From a virus, in IMG/VR virus record IMGVR_UViG_3300027852_000049, positions 1 to 50,548 of that record: a stretch of 50,548 nucleotides of DNA; one strand, written 5' to 3'. Below, piece by piece: positions 21,572-31,310 of this stretch (position 1 is its first letter; every line of letters starts with the position of its first letter). Made by a program: the position numbers and the translations under genes. The notes below the pieces were generated by a model. It was not told the DNA's origin, ran no database searches, and saw only the letters and a program-made list of their open reading frames with translations.

Positions 21572-24216
21572 TGCTAAGAGGTCACGTCAATAAGTTTAAC
21601 AGGGGTGAAGTAGATAATATTGCTTTAGCTAGAGATGACGTTGAGAAGGTCAAGAATACTGCTGCTTATATGAATAATTTCATGCCTGCAAGATTAGGAC
21701 CTATGACTTACCGTCAAGGTAGTGAGTACATAGGTGTCATCCCTAATGAAGCTCACATGGCACCATTCGTAGCAGCAATTGATGACGTAGCACTTCTTGA
21801 GTTCTCAAACAATACAATAAGGGTGTGGGTGAATGATGAGTTAATTAGTCGTTCCGCTGTTACTACTAGTGTCACAAACGGTGCTTTTACTTCAGACCTT
21901 ACCGGTTGGACCGACACGTCTGGTGCAGGGTCAAGTTCAGCATGGGAGACTGGGGGTTATGCAAGGTTGACGGGTAACGGCACCACAGCTGGGGCCATAT
22001 ACCAAACGTTAACCACTGAGACAGGTGTTGAGAACAGCATTACTGTGGTTATTAGTGTGGCACCCGTGATCTTCAGTATAGGTACAGGTGGTGATGGATC
22101 CTTTGATATATTTTCAGGGACGCTTGAACCCGGCACCCACTCGTTTGCTTTTACACCAACATCCAACGTTACTCTGACATTTTCAAATAGTGAGCTTTAT
22201 AGTGCGTTGGTTGATTCAGTTACAGTCGATGGCGCAGGGATTCTTACACTACCGACTGAGGTAACAACAGCAATGTTACCATCGTTACGATACGCTCAAT
22301 CGGCTGACATTTATTATTGTGCAGTCAATGGTGCTCATCAGTTTAAAGTGGAACGTCGCGGTAAAAAATCATGGTCGGTGGTCAAGTATCTTGCTAAAGA
22401 TGGTCCGTTTGGATCATTGAACGACAGTAATATGACGTTAAAGGCTTCATCTTTAAACGGTAATGCCACATTGACAGCCTCTGATGATTACTTCACTGAT
22501 GACAATATAGGGCAGCTTTTTAAGTTAGGGTCATCAGGTCAGAATGTTGAAGCAAGTGTTACTGTCGAAGATACAGGAACGAACAGTATCCGTGTGACAG
22601 GTGCTGAAAACTTACGTGAGTTTAGGTTAATCATTACAGGGTCATGGTCAGGTACTGTAACGCTGCAAAGATCAACTGATGATTCTTCATGGGATGATAA
22701 GAAAACTTACTCAAACAACGTTAATGTCACTTATGATGACAATCTTGATAATGCAGAATTGTATTATAGACTGTGGGTTAAAACAGGTAACTTCACATCC
22801 GGGACAATTGGTCTTGAATTAGCATATTCAGGGGGATCAATAGAGGGTGTAAGTCGTATAACAAGCGTTGTGTCACCAACTGTCGCTAACTCTCAGGTAC
22901 TTAAAGATTTTGGTAAAACTAAAGCTACTCGTGACTGGTATCCGGGTTCGTGGAAAGAAGGTAGTTACCCTTCATCTGTGGAATTTTACGAAGGTCGTAT
23001 ATGGTGGGGTGGTAAGAATAAAGTATGGGGGTCTGTATCAGATTCATATACATCTTTTGATAGGGATATTGAGGGTAATTCTTCATCCATAGTAAAGACT
23101 ATTGGTTTCGGCCCGGTTGACGTAGTGAAATGGTTAGCGTCATCATCACGGTTGATAATGGGTATTGCTTCAGACGAGATAGCGATCAGGTCTAGTTCAT
23201 TTGGTGAGATATTAACTCAAGATAATGCAAACCTTAAGTCAGGCTCTAACCAAGGTGCTGCTGACAACATACCTCTGAAGATAGACGATAAGGTTTACTT
23301 TGTACAACGGTCTACCATCAAGATTTTTGAGATGGCATATAACCTGTCAAGTGATGTGCATGAAGGGGTTGATATCATGACGCTAAACCCCAGTATCTGC
23401 AAAGAGGGTATTAAGCGAATAGTGTTCGCTCGTCAGCCTGAGACACGGTTACATGTTGTGATGAATGACGGAACAGAGCGTGTATATCTAGCCGAGAACG
23501 CAGAAGACGTACGGGCGTGGAGTAGATTGAGCACTGATGGTTTCATTGACGATACTGTGGTATTACCTTCCGTGAATGAAGATAAAGTTTATAGAATCGT
23601 CACAAGGACTGGTGGTAGGTATCTTGAAAAAGCGGCAATGACGAATGAATCCAAGGGTGGTAATATCAGCAAACATTTTGATTCATTCGTTCAATACAGT
23701 TCACCGGGCACAACTATATCAGGGCTATCACACCTTGAGGGTAAAACGGTAGCTGTGTGGGCAGACGGTCAAGGCAGAGGAACATTCGTGGTATCGTCAG
23801 GTTCTATCACAGTCGGCTCACCATGGGTGGATGTGATAGTCGGTCTTCCTTATGTTGCAGATTACACATCTAATAAACTGGGTGGGGCATTTACTGCTGC
23901 ATTAGGAAGTGGTTTACAGTCAGTATTAGGGTTGTACAAACGAATCGTCAATGTGGGCCTTGTGTTAAGCGACTATAGAGTGGGCTCGCTTCAGATCGGT
24001 TCTGACCAATCGTTATTGTACGATCTTCCTTTGATTGAAGATGGCACAGACATAGTGCCTAATACAACTATTGATTATGATGAAATAGCTTTTGAGTTTG
24101 ATGGGGAAGATGAAGTTGATCCCCGTATACATATTAGAGCTACCGGACCTTGCACAATACAGGCATTACTTTATGACATTAAAGACCCTAGACCACCTAA
24201 AAGTCCGACCGGCTAA
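21571..24216 (+). CDS. tail tubular protein B / nozzle (T7 gp12-like, putative)
   Basis: Assigned from its 881-aa size, its position immediately after the gp11-like gene (TAATG overlap), and its beta-rich composition. Confidence 0.5.
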   Translation: MLRGHVNKFNRGEVDNIALARDDVEKVKNTAAYMNNFMPARLGPMTYRQGSEYIGVIPNEAHMAPFVAAIDDVALLEFSNNTIRVWVNDELISRSAVTTSVTNGAFTSDLTGWTDTSGAGSSSAWETGGYARLTGNGTTAGAIYQTLTTETGVENSITVVISVAPVIFSIGTGGDGSFDIFSGTLEPGTHSFAFTPTSNVTLTFSNSELYSALVDSVTVDGAGILTLPTEVTTAMLPSLRYAQSADIYYCAVNGAHQFKVERRGKKSWSVVKYLAKDGPFGSLNDSNMTLKASSLNGNATLTASDDYFTDDNIGQLFKLGSSGQNVEASVTVEDTGTNSIRVTGAENLREFRLIITGSWSGTVTLQRSTDDSSWDDKKTYSNNVNVTYDDNLDNAELYYRLWVKTGNFTSGTIGLELAYSGGSIEGVSRITSVVSPTVANSQVLKDFGKTKATRDWYPGSWKEGSYPSSVEFYEGRIWWGGKNKVWGSVSDSYTSFDRDIEGNSSSIVKTIGFGPVDVVKWLASSSRLIMGIASDEIAIRSSSFGEILTQDNANLKSGSNQGAADNIPLKIDDKVYFVQRSTIKIFEMAYNLSSDVHEGVDIMTLNPSICKEGIKRIVFARQPETRLHVVMNDGTERVYLAENAEDVRAWSRLSTDGFIDDTVVLPSVNEDKVYRIVTRTGGRYLEKAAMTNESKGGNISKHFDSFVQYSSPGTTISGLSHLEGKTVAVWADGQGRGTFVVSSGSITVGSPWVDVIVGLPYVADYTSNKLGGAFTAALGSGLQSVLGLYKRIVNVGLVLSDYRVGSLQIGSDQSLLYDLPLIEDGTDIVPNTTIDYDEIAFEFDGEDEVDPRIHIRATGPCTIQALLYDIKDPRPPKSPTG

Positions 24217-24550
24217 CAGAGACGATGTTATCGCAATCAACGGTGAGTCTTATGATCACTCATTTAAGGGGTACACAGCCCTTGTGGATGGTCAACCGGC
24301 TGCTATAGCGGGTGTTATGTTTCATAATCCTTTAACTGCTTTCCTGAATATAGCAGAGGGTATTGATCCTAAGAAACATAAGCGGTCTGCTGTTATACTC
24401 ACTAGAAAATTGGTAAGTATTATCGAATCACTAGATGCACCAGTGTATGCTGTTGCTGACATACGTCACCCCACAGCATATAATCTGTTGCAACATGCGG
24501 GTTTTAAAAAACATAACGATGAGGTATTTATATGGATCCGGCAACATTAG
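24173..24550 (+). CDS. small GNAT-fold-like protein (putative acetyltransferase, 125 aa)
   Basis: I chose the ATG at 24173 (MTLKTLDHLKVRPANRDDVIAING...). VRPA..DD...I is a typical GNAT N-terminus, and the C-terminus PVYAVADIRHPTAYNLLQHAGFKK is GNAT-like. No clean Q/RxxGxG/A motif was seen. The ORF overlaps the nozzle gene 3' end by 44 nt. Confidence 0.3.
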   Translation: MTLKTLDHLKVRPANRDDVIAINGESYDHSFKGYTALVDGQPAAIAGVMFHNPLTAFLNIAEGIDPKKHKRSAVILTRKLVSIIESLDAPVYAVADIRHPTAYNLLQHAGFKKHNDEVFIWIRQH

Positions 24551-25005
24551 CAACAGTAGCTTCGGTAGGGTCAACAGCATTAGGTGCTTATGGTAGTTAC
24601 CAAGACGGTAGGGCTCAAAATGAGGCTGCTAAATTTGAGGCGAAACAACTGAAGCAGCAAGGTGAAGCAGCCTATGCTAAAGGAACTAAGGATGCTGCTG
24701 AAGAACGTCGTAAAGCATCCGTAATAATGGCCAATGCAAGAGCTGCTGGTGCAGCAAGTGGTGGTGCCACAGACGAGGGTATGTTGGAGACAACAGCTGA
24801 CATTGGTGCAGCAGGTGAATATAACTCCATGGCAGCAATGTTTGATGCTGAGTCTGAACAACGAGGTTATAACAACAAAGCTTCGGCAAGAAAATACGAA
24901 GGTGCTCAAGCAAAAGCTGCTGGTAAAACTAAAGCTTTGTCAACAATATTGGGTGGTGCATCAAGTGTTGCTTCAAAATGGAAAAAAACACCAAAAGAGA
25001 CTTAA
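24532..25005 (+). CDS. putative internal virion / ejection protein (gp14-like position)
   Basis: 157-aa Ala/Gly/Lys-rich ORF with a hydrophobic N-terminus (ATLATVASVGSTALGAYG). It lies directly after the nozzle region. Confidence 0.35.
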   Translation: MDPATLATVASVGSTALGAYGSYQDGRAQNEAAKFEAKQLKQQGEAAYAKGTKDAAEERRKASVIMANARAAGAASGGATDEGMLETTADIGAAGEYNSMAAMFDAESEQRGYNNKASARKYEGAQAKAAGKTKALSTILGGASSVASKWKKTPKET

Positions 25006-25008
25006 GTC

Positions 25009-26772
25009 ATGCCAGTGATACCTAATCAATTATCATTAAATCGTCGTCTGCCTACAGGCAAGTCAGCTATTGCTACTTACAACCCTGCACCTTCTGGTTT
25101 CCATGACGCAGCAGATGTTTTCAATTCAGTAACAGTAGCCCTCGATAAACGTACGGATGGCGAGGTCAGTAAAGCTAAAGCTGATTTCCTTGTGATGAAG
25201 GCTGAGCAAGATGCAGCGTATGATAATGATGAAGACTATAAAACCATTCAGGAACGGTACACTGAGAAGATGACCACAGGCATGGGTAATCTGGCTGGTA
25301 ATATTTCAGATCCTGAAGCAAGAACTGCATTTACAGATTGGGCAAGACCTTCTGTGGCCACAGGTATTCAGGGTGCTAAGAAAAAAGCCTTTAATGCTGA
25401 ATCAGATTATGAGGTTGGAGGGCTTAACGAAAGGTTGGAAAAACTTCGTGAAGCATCAATGACTGGTGAAGTTACTGTTGACCCTGTTACTGGTGAACGT
25501 TCGGACCCCATGATTATGGGACGAAATGCTGCTAACGACATGATAGATTACATGGTGGCTCAAAATTTCATGAAGGCCACTGACGGTGTTGCAATGAAGA
25601 AGTCATTCAAGACAAGTGTTGCCATAGGTAAGCTTGAAATGATGGAGCCTGAGAACCGTGTGTACGCTTTAAAACAGGATTGGGCTAAGAACTTACCGTC
25701 TGATACCCATGCTAAGCTGCTAAGGGCTGCTGAGGACGAGCTGATTGATGACAAAGCTCAACGCATAGTGGATGGTTTCAATGACAAAAACTTTGACTTG
25801 GGTCAAGCTGATGAAGCTTCTCGTAAGATTAAAGATGCAGATCTTCGTGCTGAGGTTGAGACTCGATACAACGTGTTATACACACGACGTAAGATGGACA
25901 CTCTTGATAGTCAAAAGTCATTTGTGGATGATCAGTGGGATTCAATCAAATCTGGTGACATCACAGTCCGTCAGCTGAAAGCTAAACACCGTGACGAGTG
26001 GGACAATTTGACAGCATCACAGCAGAATACTATGTATGCGGCTGAGGCCAGTAGAGCTAAAGCTAGTCCGAATCGTTACAACAGTGATGCTGAGTTATTA
26101 CTAAATAAATTGAAGCATCAGAAAGACTTCCCTTCATTGCTTAATAAATTTTTAGAAGTTAGAAGTACCTTAAGTCCTGAACAGGATAAAAGGTGGAGTT
26201 CCGTGTCAATTGATGGTGCTGTACCTGAAGAATACAACGGTATGATGACAGCAAGTCAACTCGTGACGGCACGGTTCCAAAAGGACAAAACCACCAGTAA
26301 GTCACTCAAGGCTGATACCCTGTTAGCTGTTGATGATTTTGTCCGTCGTGAGACAGAACTGAATAAAGGTGTCGCACCCACTAACGATAAGATTAACTCA
26401 TTCATAGATGACAGATTAATGGATTATGACCCTCCGGGTTGGGGTAATTCAGGAATGCTTAGTACGATGAGTGATAAGAATAAAAACTTATTGCTCGATG
26501 AGTTCAGAACGACTGACCCTGTTGCTTGGGGAAGAGTTTCAGATCTATTACCTCTGATCGATCCTAATGCAAGCAAGGATGAATGGATCAACAGTTTACG
26601 TAAGACTAGCGAGGGTGATATCAGATGGGCAATCACACGTATTAAACGTACGGATCGTAAGTTATTCAATAAAGCTATTAAAGAGTTACGGATGGTGGGG
26701 AAACCATTTAGTAATGGCGATGTGATTGATCAGTATGTGTACGAAAGAGAGAAGGCAGATGCTAATAGATGA
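25009..26772 (+). CDS. putative internal virion / ejection protein (gp15-like position)
   Basis: 587-aa charged, helical ORF. The assignment rests on gene order only. Confidence 0.3.
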   Translation: MPVIPNQLSLNRRLPTGKSAIATYNPAPSGFHDAADVFNSVTVALDKRTDGEVSKAKADFLVMKAEQDAAYDNDEDYKTIQERYTEKMTTGMGNLAGNISDPEARTAFTDWARPSVATGIQGAKKKAFNAESDYEVGGLNERLEKLREASMTGEVTVDPVTGERSDPMIMGRNAANDMIDYMVAQNFMKATDGVAMKKSFKTSVAIGKLEMMEPENRVYALKQDWAKNLPSDTHAKLLRAAEDELIDDKAQRIVDGFNDKNFDLGQADEASRKIKDADLRAEVETRYNVLYTRRKMDTLDSQKSFVDDQWDSIKSGDITVRQLKAKHRDEWDNLTASQQNTMYAAEASRAKASPNRYNSDAELLLNKLKHQKDFPSLLNKFLEVRSTLSPEQDKRWSSVSIDGAVPEEYNGMMTASQLVTARFQKDKTTSKSLKADTLLAVDDFVRRETELNKGVAPTNDKINSFIDDRLMDYDPPGWGNSGMLSTMSDKNKNLLLDEFRTTDPVAWGRVSDLLPLIDPNASKDEWINSLRKTSEGDIRWAITRIKRTDRKLFNKAIKELRMVGKPFSNGDVIDQYVYEREKADANR

Positions 26773-28825
26773 TCAATATGTGGATGATGAGATTGAACTG
26801 GATGAGGTGTTACAGAAAGCTTCACAAGTTGACCCATTGCAGCATGCGTCAGACCTTGACCTTGCAGCCAATACAATGTTACCTGTCGATGTAGTTCAAC
26901 GAAACCGTGATCAAATTAAGAAAAGTGAACGTGCTGCTTACATCGACTCTGTGGATCTTGCTGCAAATAACCCTAAAACAGCAGCCTTCATAAGTAATTA
27001 TAACAATGCGGCTGTGTCGTTAGACCATGTTGAAGCATTACAGGGTATGGAGGATGACGTTAAGCGACATAATACAAATCTTCTTCTCAACACCGGTAAA
27101 AATTTCGCTAATACTGCTGTCAAACTGACAGGTGACTTTCTTCAATTTGCAGGACATACGTCAGATTCTTTTGAAGAGACAATGACTGAACTCACAGGGG
27201 TCAATCCCGGTATAGAATGGGGTGATGACGGTCTATCATTCAGTATGAAGTTAGACCCAAAACGTCAAGATGATCAGATGTACGGCAAGATGTTATCTGA
27301 ATATAAACCGTTTGATTATGTGGAGAACTTCAATTGGGATAATCTTAAAGAAGACCCAAGCATTATGAACCTTGCTGGTTATATCGTTGAGCAAGGAGGA
27401 GGTAGTCTTCCTCATATGATAGCAGCAATGTATACGGCACCCGCATATCTCATGTCACGTACAGAGGACATAGCAGAGAATCGTATGGTCAACATGGGTT
27501 CCGAAGAAAACCCTACGTGGAATGAGTTAGGTAAGTCCTTTGTACCAGCACTCGCAGTGGCTGTATCCGAACGTCTTGCTGGTAAAGTGGTACTCGGCAG
27601 AGGTGGTGTTACGGGGGTTGGATCAGGTGTTAAAGCCGTGGGTGGTGCAGCAGCTACAGAAGCGGGTACTGAGTTTATACAAGAAGGTATTGAGTATTTA
27701 GGTGAGACAGTAGGCACTAAAAAAGTTGTAGATTTTGGAGAGATGATAGACCGTCAATTTGCTGGTGCTGTCGCGGGTGGTGGTGTTGGTGGTGGTATCC
27801 GTGGCATAACAGCAACGCACGAAGCTATAGCTAACCGTAACGGTCAGCAAGTAGCTAATGTAATGTCATCGCTTGGTGAGCAAGATACGATTGATAGAAT
27901 GGTCGCTTATGCTCAAAGTGAAAATTTGGATCAGGTGGGACCATTACAACATAAAGAATTTCTTCAGTCTGTAGGGGAGGATATTGACATTATCGTGAGT
28001 GGTGATGCTGTGTCAGAACTTCAGACAGAATCTGAATATTTTGCAGATGCGAACGGTGAAGACGTACACATACCTTTAGATGTTTTTGTGAGTGAAATAG
28101 CACCTGATGTTGAGTTAATGGCTGAGTTACGACCGCACATTAAAACTTCAGGTAGCGGGTTGACGATGCAACAACTTGACTCTGGTGATTCACAACACAA
28201 GTCTGCTATCCGTAAACTGCTTGAGTCGGCTGAGAAAGAAGAGGCTATCAAGTCTGAAGCTGATGAAATTTACAATCAGGTGGTTCAGCAAATAGTAGAC
28301 ACTCGACGTCAAGGTCAGGCTACAGCCAGAATTAGTGCTCAAATTATACCTGCTTATGTTACGTCATATGTTGCACGAGCAAGGGATAGAGGGTTTGATA
28401 TATCAGTGAAGGACACCTTTGCTAAGATGGGCTTAAAGATCGTGGGACCACAAGAAGCTGCTGCACCTAATGAGATCTTAAATCAAGCACAGGAAGATGG
28501 GTACAAGGGTTCCAACGAACAACAAGCTGTTGAATGGAATGAGGCTGTAAGTAAAGGCATGCTGATGGATGAAGAGTCTCGTCGTATCCGTGCTGATAAC
28601 ATGAATGTTGAATTTGACCCAAACAGTGCTCACGATCCCGCCTTCAAGACAGGGCCTTCTTTCGATAGTGAACAAAAGTTTAGTGATTTAACGATATCTG
28701 AGTCTATAATTATTGAAGAGACTGGTGAAACTGTTCAGGTTGAAAGGAACGCTCAAGAAGTTTGGGATGAGACTCAATCGCGTAAATCAGAATTACAACA
28801 ATTGTTAGCTTGTATAAGGGGTTGA
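26759..28825 (+). CDS. putative internal virion / ejection protein with Gly-rich hydrophobic segments
   Basis: The ATG at 26759 overlaps the upstream 3' end. The glycine-zipper-like stretch GVGSGVKAVGGAAATEAGTEF...AGAVAGGGVGGGIRG suggests membrane insertion. The assignment otherwise rests on gene order. Confidence 0.3.
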   Translation: MLIDDQYVDDEIELDEVLQKASQVDPLQHASDLDLAANTMLPVDVVQRNRDQIKKSERAAYIDSVDLAANNPKTAAFISNYNNAAVSLDHVEALQGMEDDVKRHNTNLLLNTGKNFANTAVKLTGDFLQFAGHTSDSFEETMTELTGVNPGIEWGDDGLSFSMKLDPKRQDDQMYGKMLSEYKPFDYVENFNWDNLKEDPSIMNLAGYIVEQGGGSLPHMIAAMYTAPAYLMSRTEDIAENRMVNMGSEENPTWNELGKSFVPALAVAVSERLAGKVVLGRGGVTGVGSGVKAVGGAAATEAGTEFIQEGIEYLGETVGTKKVVDFGEMIDRQFAGAVAGGGVGGGIRGITATHEAIANRNGQQVANVMSSLGEQDTIDRMVAYAQSENLDQVGPLQHKEFLQSVGEDIDIIVSGDAVSELQTESEYFADANGEDVHIPLDVFVSEIAPDVELMAELRPHIKTSGSGLTMQQLDSGDSQHKSAIRKLLESAEKEEAIKSEADEIYNQVVQQIVDTRRQGQATARISAQIIPAYVTSYVARARDRGFDISVKDTFAKMGLKIVGPQEAAAPNEILNQAQEDGYKGSNEQQAVEWNEAVSKGMLMDEESRRIRADNMNVEFDPNSAHDPAFKTGPSFDSEQKFSDLTISESIIIEETGETVQVERNAQEVWDETQSRKSELQQLLACIRG

Positions 28826-28829
28826 TCGA

Positions 28830-29216
28830 ATGCCTAAAAAAATGACATCTGCTGAGCTTGCCGAACTACAAGGCAAAGGTGCTAAAGTTATTCGTGAACC
28901 ACGTCAGGTTGAAGTTCAAGGTATGGACTCAATAATGAAAGGGTTCAAGGAATTGGTTGACTCGATCAATGAAACAGCTAACTCTCGAAACAAAGAGATA
29001 CTTTGTGCAATCGATAAATTAACAGAGACTATCTGTAGCAAATCAATGGGTGGTACAGATGTATCTGTGGACTTAACACCCATTGCTGATATGATTACTC
29101 GCATGAATGAACCGGTGCAAAAAATTCCTTATGAGTTTAATGTTGACCGGGATCATAGAGGATTGTTATCTAAGATTACAGCAACACCTATTACTAAAAT
29201 CACTTTGGATTCATAA
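28830..29216 (+). CDS. hypothetical protein
   Basis: 128-aa ORF with an AAGGGG SD. Confidence 0.5.
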   Translation: MPKKMTSAELAELQGKGAKVIREPRQVEVQGMDSIMKGFKELVDSINETANSRNKEILCAIDKLTETICSKSMGGTDVSVDLTPIADMITRMNEPVQKIPYEFNVDRDHRGLLSKITATPITKITLDS

Positions 29217-29554
29217 TGCCTATCAAGATAGAAGTTGACGACAAACCAACATTGAGTTTTGACGAGGTTCATATGGTCAGTCAGCGGATCAAACAGAAAC
29301 AACGCGCTCATGTTGACGACAAAGTACTCTATCAGCTGGTTATCATTTACCAACTATACGCTGTAGATGACAATGGGTATATTCATTATTCACCTGACGG
29401 GCATAGGGTGAGTGTTACAGATTATGTAAGTTATGCAACAGCTCACGCAGCTGTTAATGAAATGACATGTGTAAATGCGCTTGCAGCAACTAAAGCGGCT
29501 ATTGCTTTCATAATCAACGATATTGGATCACACCATGTCACAGGGGTGAGCTGA
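29216..29554 (+). CDS. hypothetical protein
   Basis: 112-aa ORF with a TAATG overlap. Confidence 0.5.
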   Translation: MPIKIEVDDKPTLSFDEVHMVSQRIKQKQRAHVDDKVLYQLVIIYQLYAVDDNGYIHYSPDGHRVSVTDYVSYATAHAAVNEMTCVNALAATKAAIAFIINDIGSHHVTGVS

Positions 29555-31296
29555 TGACAATAACAGTAGGGTGGGTTGGTAACGGTAGACAATTTACAGC
29601 CAATATAGGATCAGATACCGTCACTGTTGTTAAGTATAGAGGTTCAGGTGGTACACCCAGTGCTGCTGCTGCGGATGGTAGTAAAGAGGGTGCAACCGCA
29701 TTAACAGTAACTGTCAACAAGACAGGTATTGCATTGTTTGTCACACTACCTTCTGCTTTAGATTTCACCGGTACAGAAGCTAATGAATACGTGTACGTGT
29801 GGGGTAAGTTTTTAGCTGCTTCAATTTTGGCAAACGTGGGTGATGTTGATGGGGGTTTTGGTGTATGTATGAGTTCAGGAACACCTACTGCTTCTAACTA
29901 TTCATTGTTCAGCCAATATGGTGCAGATCGTCCACCTAAAGATTGGGTTCGTATGGTGCAAGATCCTACGAAAACTAGGTCAGCAGGGGCAGGAACACTA
30001 ACCACTTCAAACATCACCCACATAGGTGTATTTGCCAACGTGGGTACAACTACTGCGAGGTTTGACAACTTACTATTGGATGCTTGTGATGTTGGCACAG
30101 GGCTGAAGGTTACAGGCACGTCAACGGTAGGTTTAATTGAAGAATTGTTAGCTGATGAAGCTACGAATGCGTACGGTGTTGTAGTACCACTGAATGACTC
30201 AGAATCTGCTACAGAGTTATCCGGTGAATTAATACTTGGTGATGACACTGGGGTCCTTGCTACAACCATTAATGATGAAGACTCAAAGGTGTTTGCGTCT
30301 GAACCGCTTTACTATAATTCAGGACTGGTTGCAGCAGTGCCTTTATCATTCACAAACATATCTTGTGTGGGCAACGGTACTGGTGATACTACCATTACTT
30401 TCGGGCAAGCAGTAGGAACATTGCAAGGGCGTAACGGAATATCAATAGTGGGCAACCCTACTTATGATTTTGGCTTCGACCGTGATGATGGAAATGTGGA
30501 AGCTGCTGATCTTTTCGGTTGTTCATTGGAAAATTTAACAGGCACTATCAACTTGGATGGTACTCACGACTTCAAAGGTAATACTGTATCAGGTTGCGGG
30601 GCGATGTCGATAGCGTCTGATGCTCATAGTATGACGCACGTTGCGTCAGGTCAGATGACATTGACAGGTGGTGCAAATTTAATTGATCCTTTGGTGATTA
30701 ATAACACGGGGTCAAGTAGTGTAGTAACTGATGATTTGGCTGAGGTTCTTGGTGACTTTACGTCGGACGGGTCCAACCATGCAATAGAGCTTACATCGGT
30801 GGGTGCCGGTACAATGTCATTTAACAATCAGTTGTCTGGTTATGAGACAGGTGTCTCTGGTTCACCGGTTACACCTACATCAACTGGTAATGAAGCAGTA
30901 TACGTCAACGTTGCATCAGGTACATTGACCATCAACGTTGCATCTGGTGCATCTACACCAAGTATTAGAAGTGCTGGTGCAACAGTGAATGTTGTTATAG
31001 CACCTGTTACATTGAACATCGATGTGATTGATGAGAACACTAAAGCTGTAATAACTGACGCAAGAGTACACGTTATTGCATCAGGTGGTGGTACACTTCC
31101 TGATGGGACGGTCATCATCGACGCTGCATTAGTCAATGGGAGTGGTAGAGCATCAGGTACAGCGGCTGGTGGACAAGAATTTGTAGGACTAGTAGTTGAT
31201 GCTGATACTCCTGCAATTCACGTAGCAAAGCCGATATCGGGTACAATACCGTCGGGTGGTTTAACATTACAGGTTAGTTTGGTTTTGGATGAATAA
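29554..31296 (+). CDS. virion structural protein, fibre-like (G/T/V/S-rich)
   Basis: 580-aa ORF with beta-rich low-charge composition and a TGATG overlap. Confidence 0.45.
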   Translation: MTITVGWVGNGRQFTANIGSDTVTVVKYRGSGGTPSAAAADGSKEGATALTVTVNKTGIALFVTLPSALDFTGTEANEYVYVWGKFLAASILANVGDVDGGFGVCMSSGTPTASNYSLFSQYGADRPPKDWVRMVQDPTKTRSAGAGTLTTSNITHIGVFANVGTTTARFDNLLLDACDVGTGLKVTGTSTVGLIEELLADEATNAYGVVVPLNDSESATELSGELILGDDTGVLATTINDEDSKVFASEPLYYNSGLVAAVPLSFTNISCVGNGTGDTTITFGQAVGTLQGRNGISIVGNPTYDFGFDRDDGNVEAADLFGCSLENLTGTINLDGTHDFKGNTVSGCGAMSIASDAHSMTHVASGQMTLTGGANLIDPLVINNTGSSSVVTDDLAEVLGDFTSDGSNHAIELTSVGAGTMSFNNQLSGYETGVSGSPVTPTSTGNEAVYVNVASGTLTINVASGASTPSIRSAGATVNVVIAPVTLNIDVIDENTKAVITDARVHVIASGGGTLPDGTVIIDAALVNGSGRASGTAAGGQEFVGLVVDADTPAIHVAKPISGTIPSGGLTLQVSLVLDE

Positions 31297-31310
31297 GAGG
31301 ATATTTTAAA

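Noticed and set aside
24092-24172. N-terminal 27-residue extension of the ORF-track entry 24092..24550
   Set aside because: The extension lies deep inside the nozzle gene and has no SD. The GNAT-like N-terminus begins at the internal ATG at 24173.
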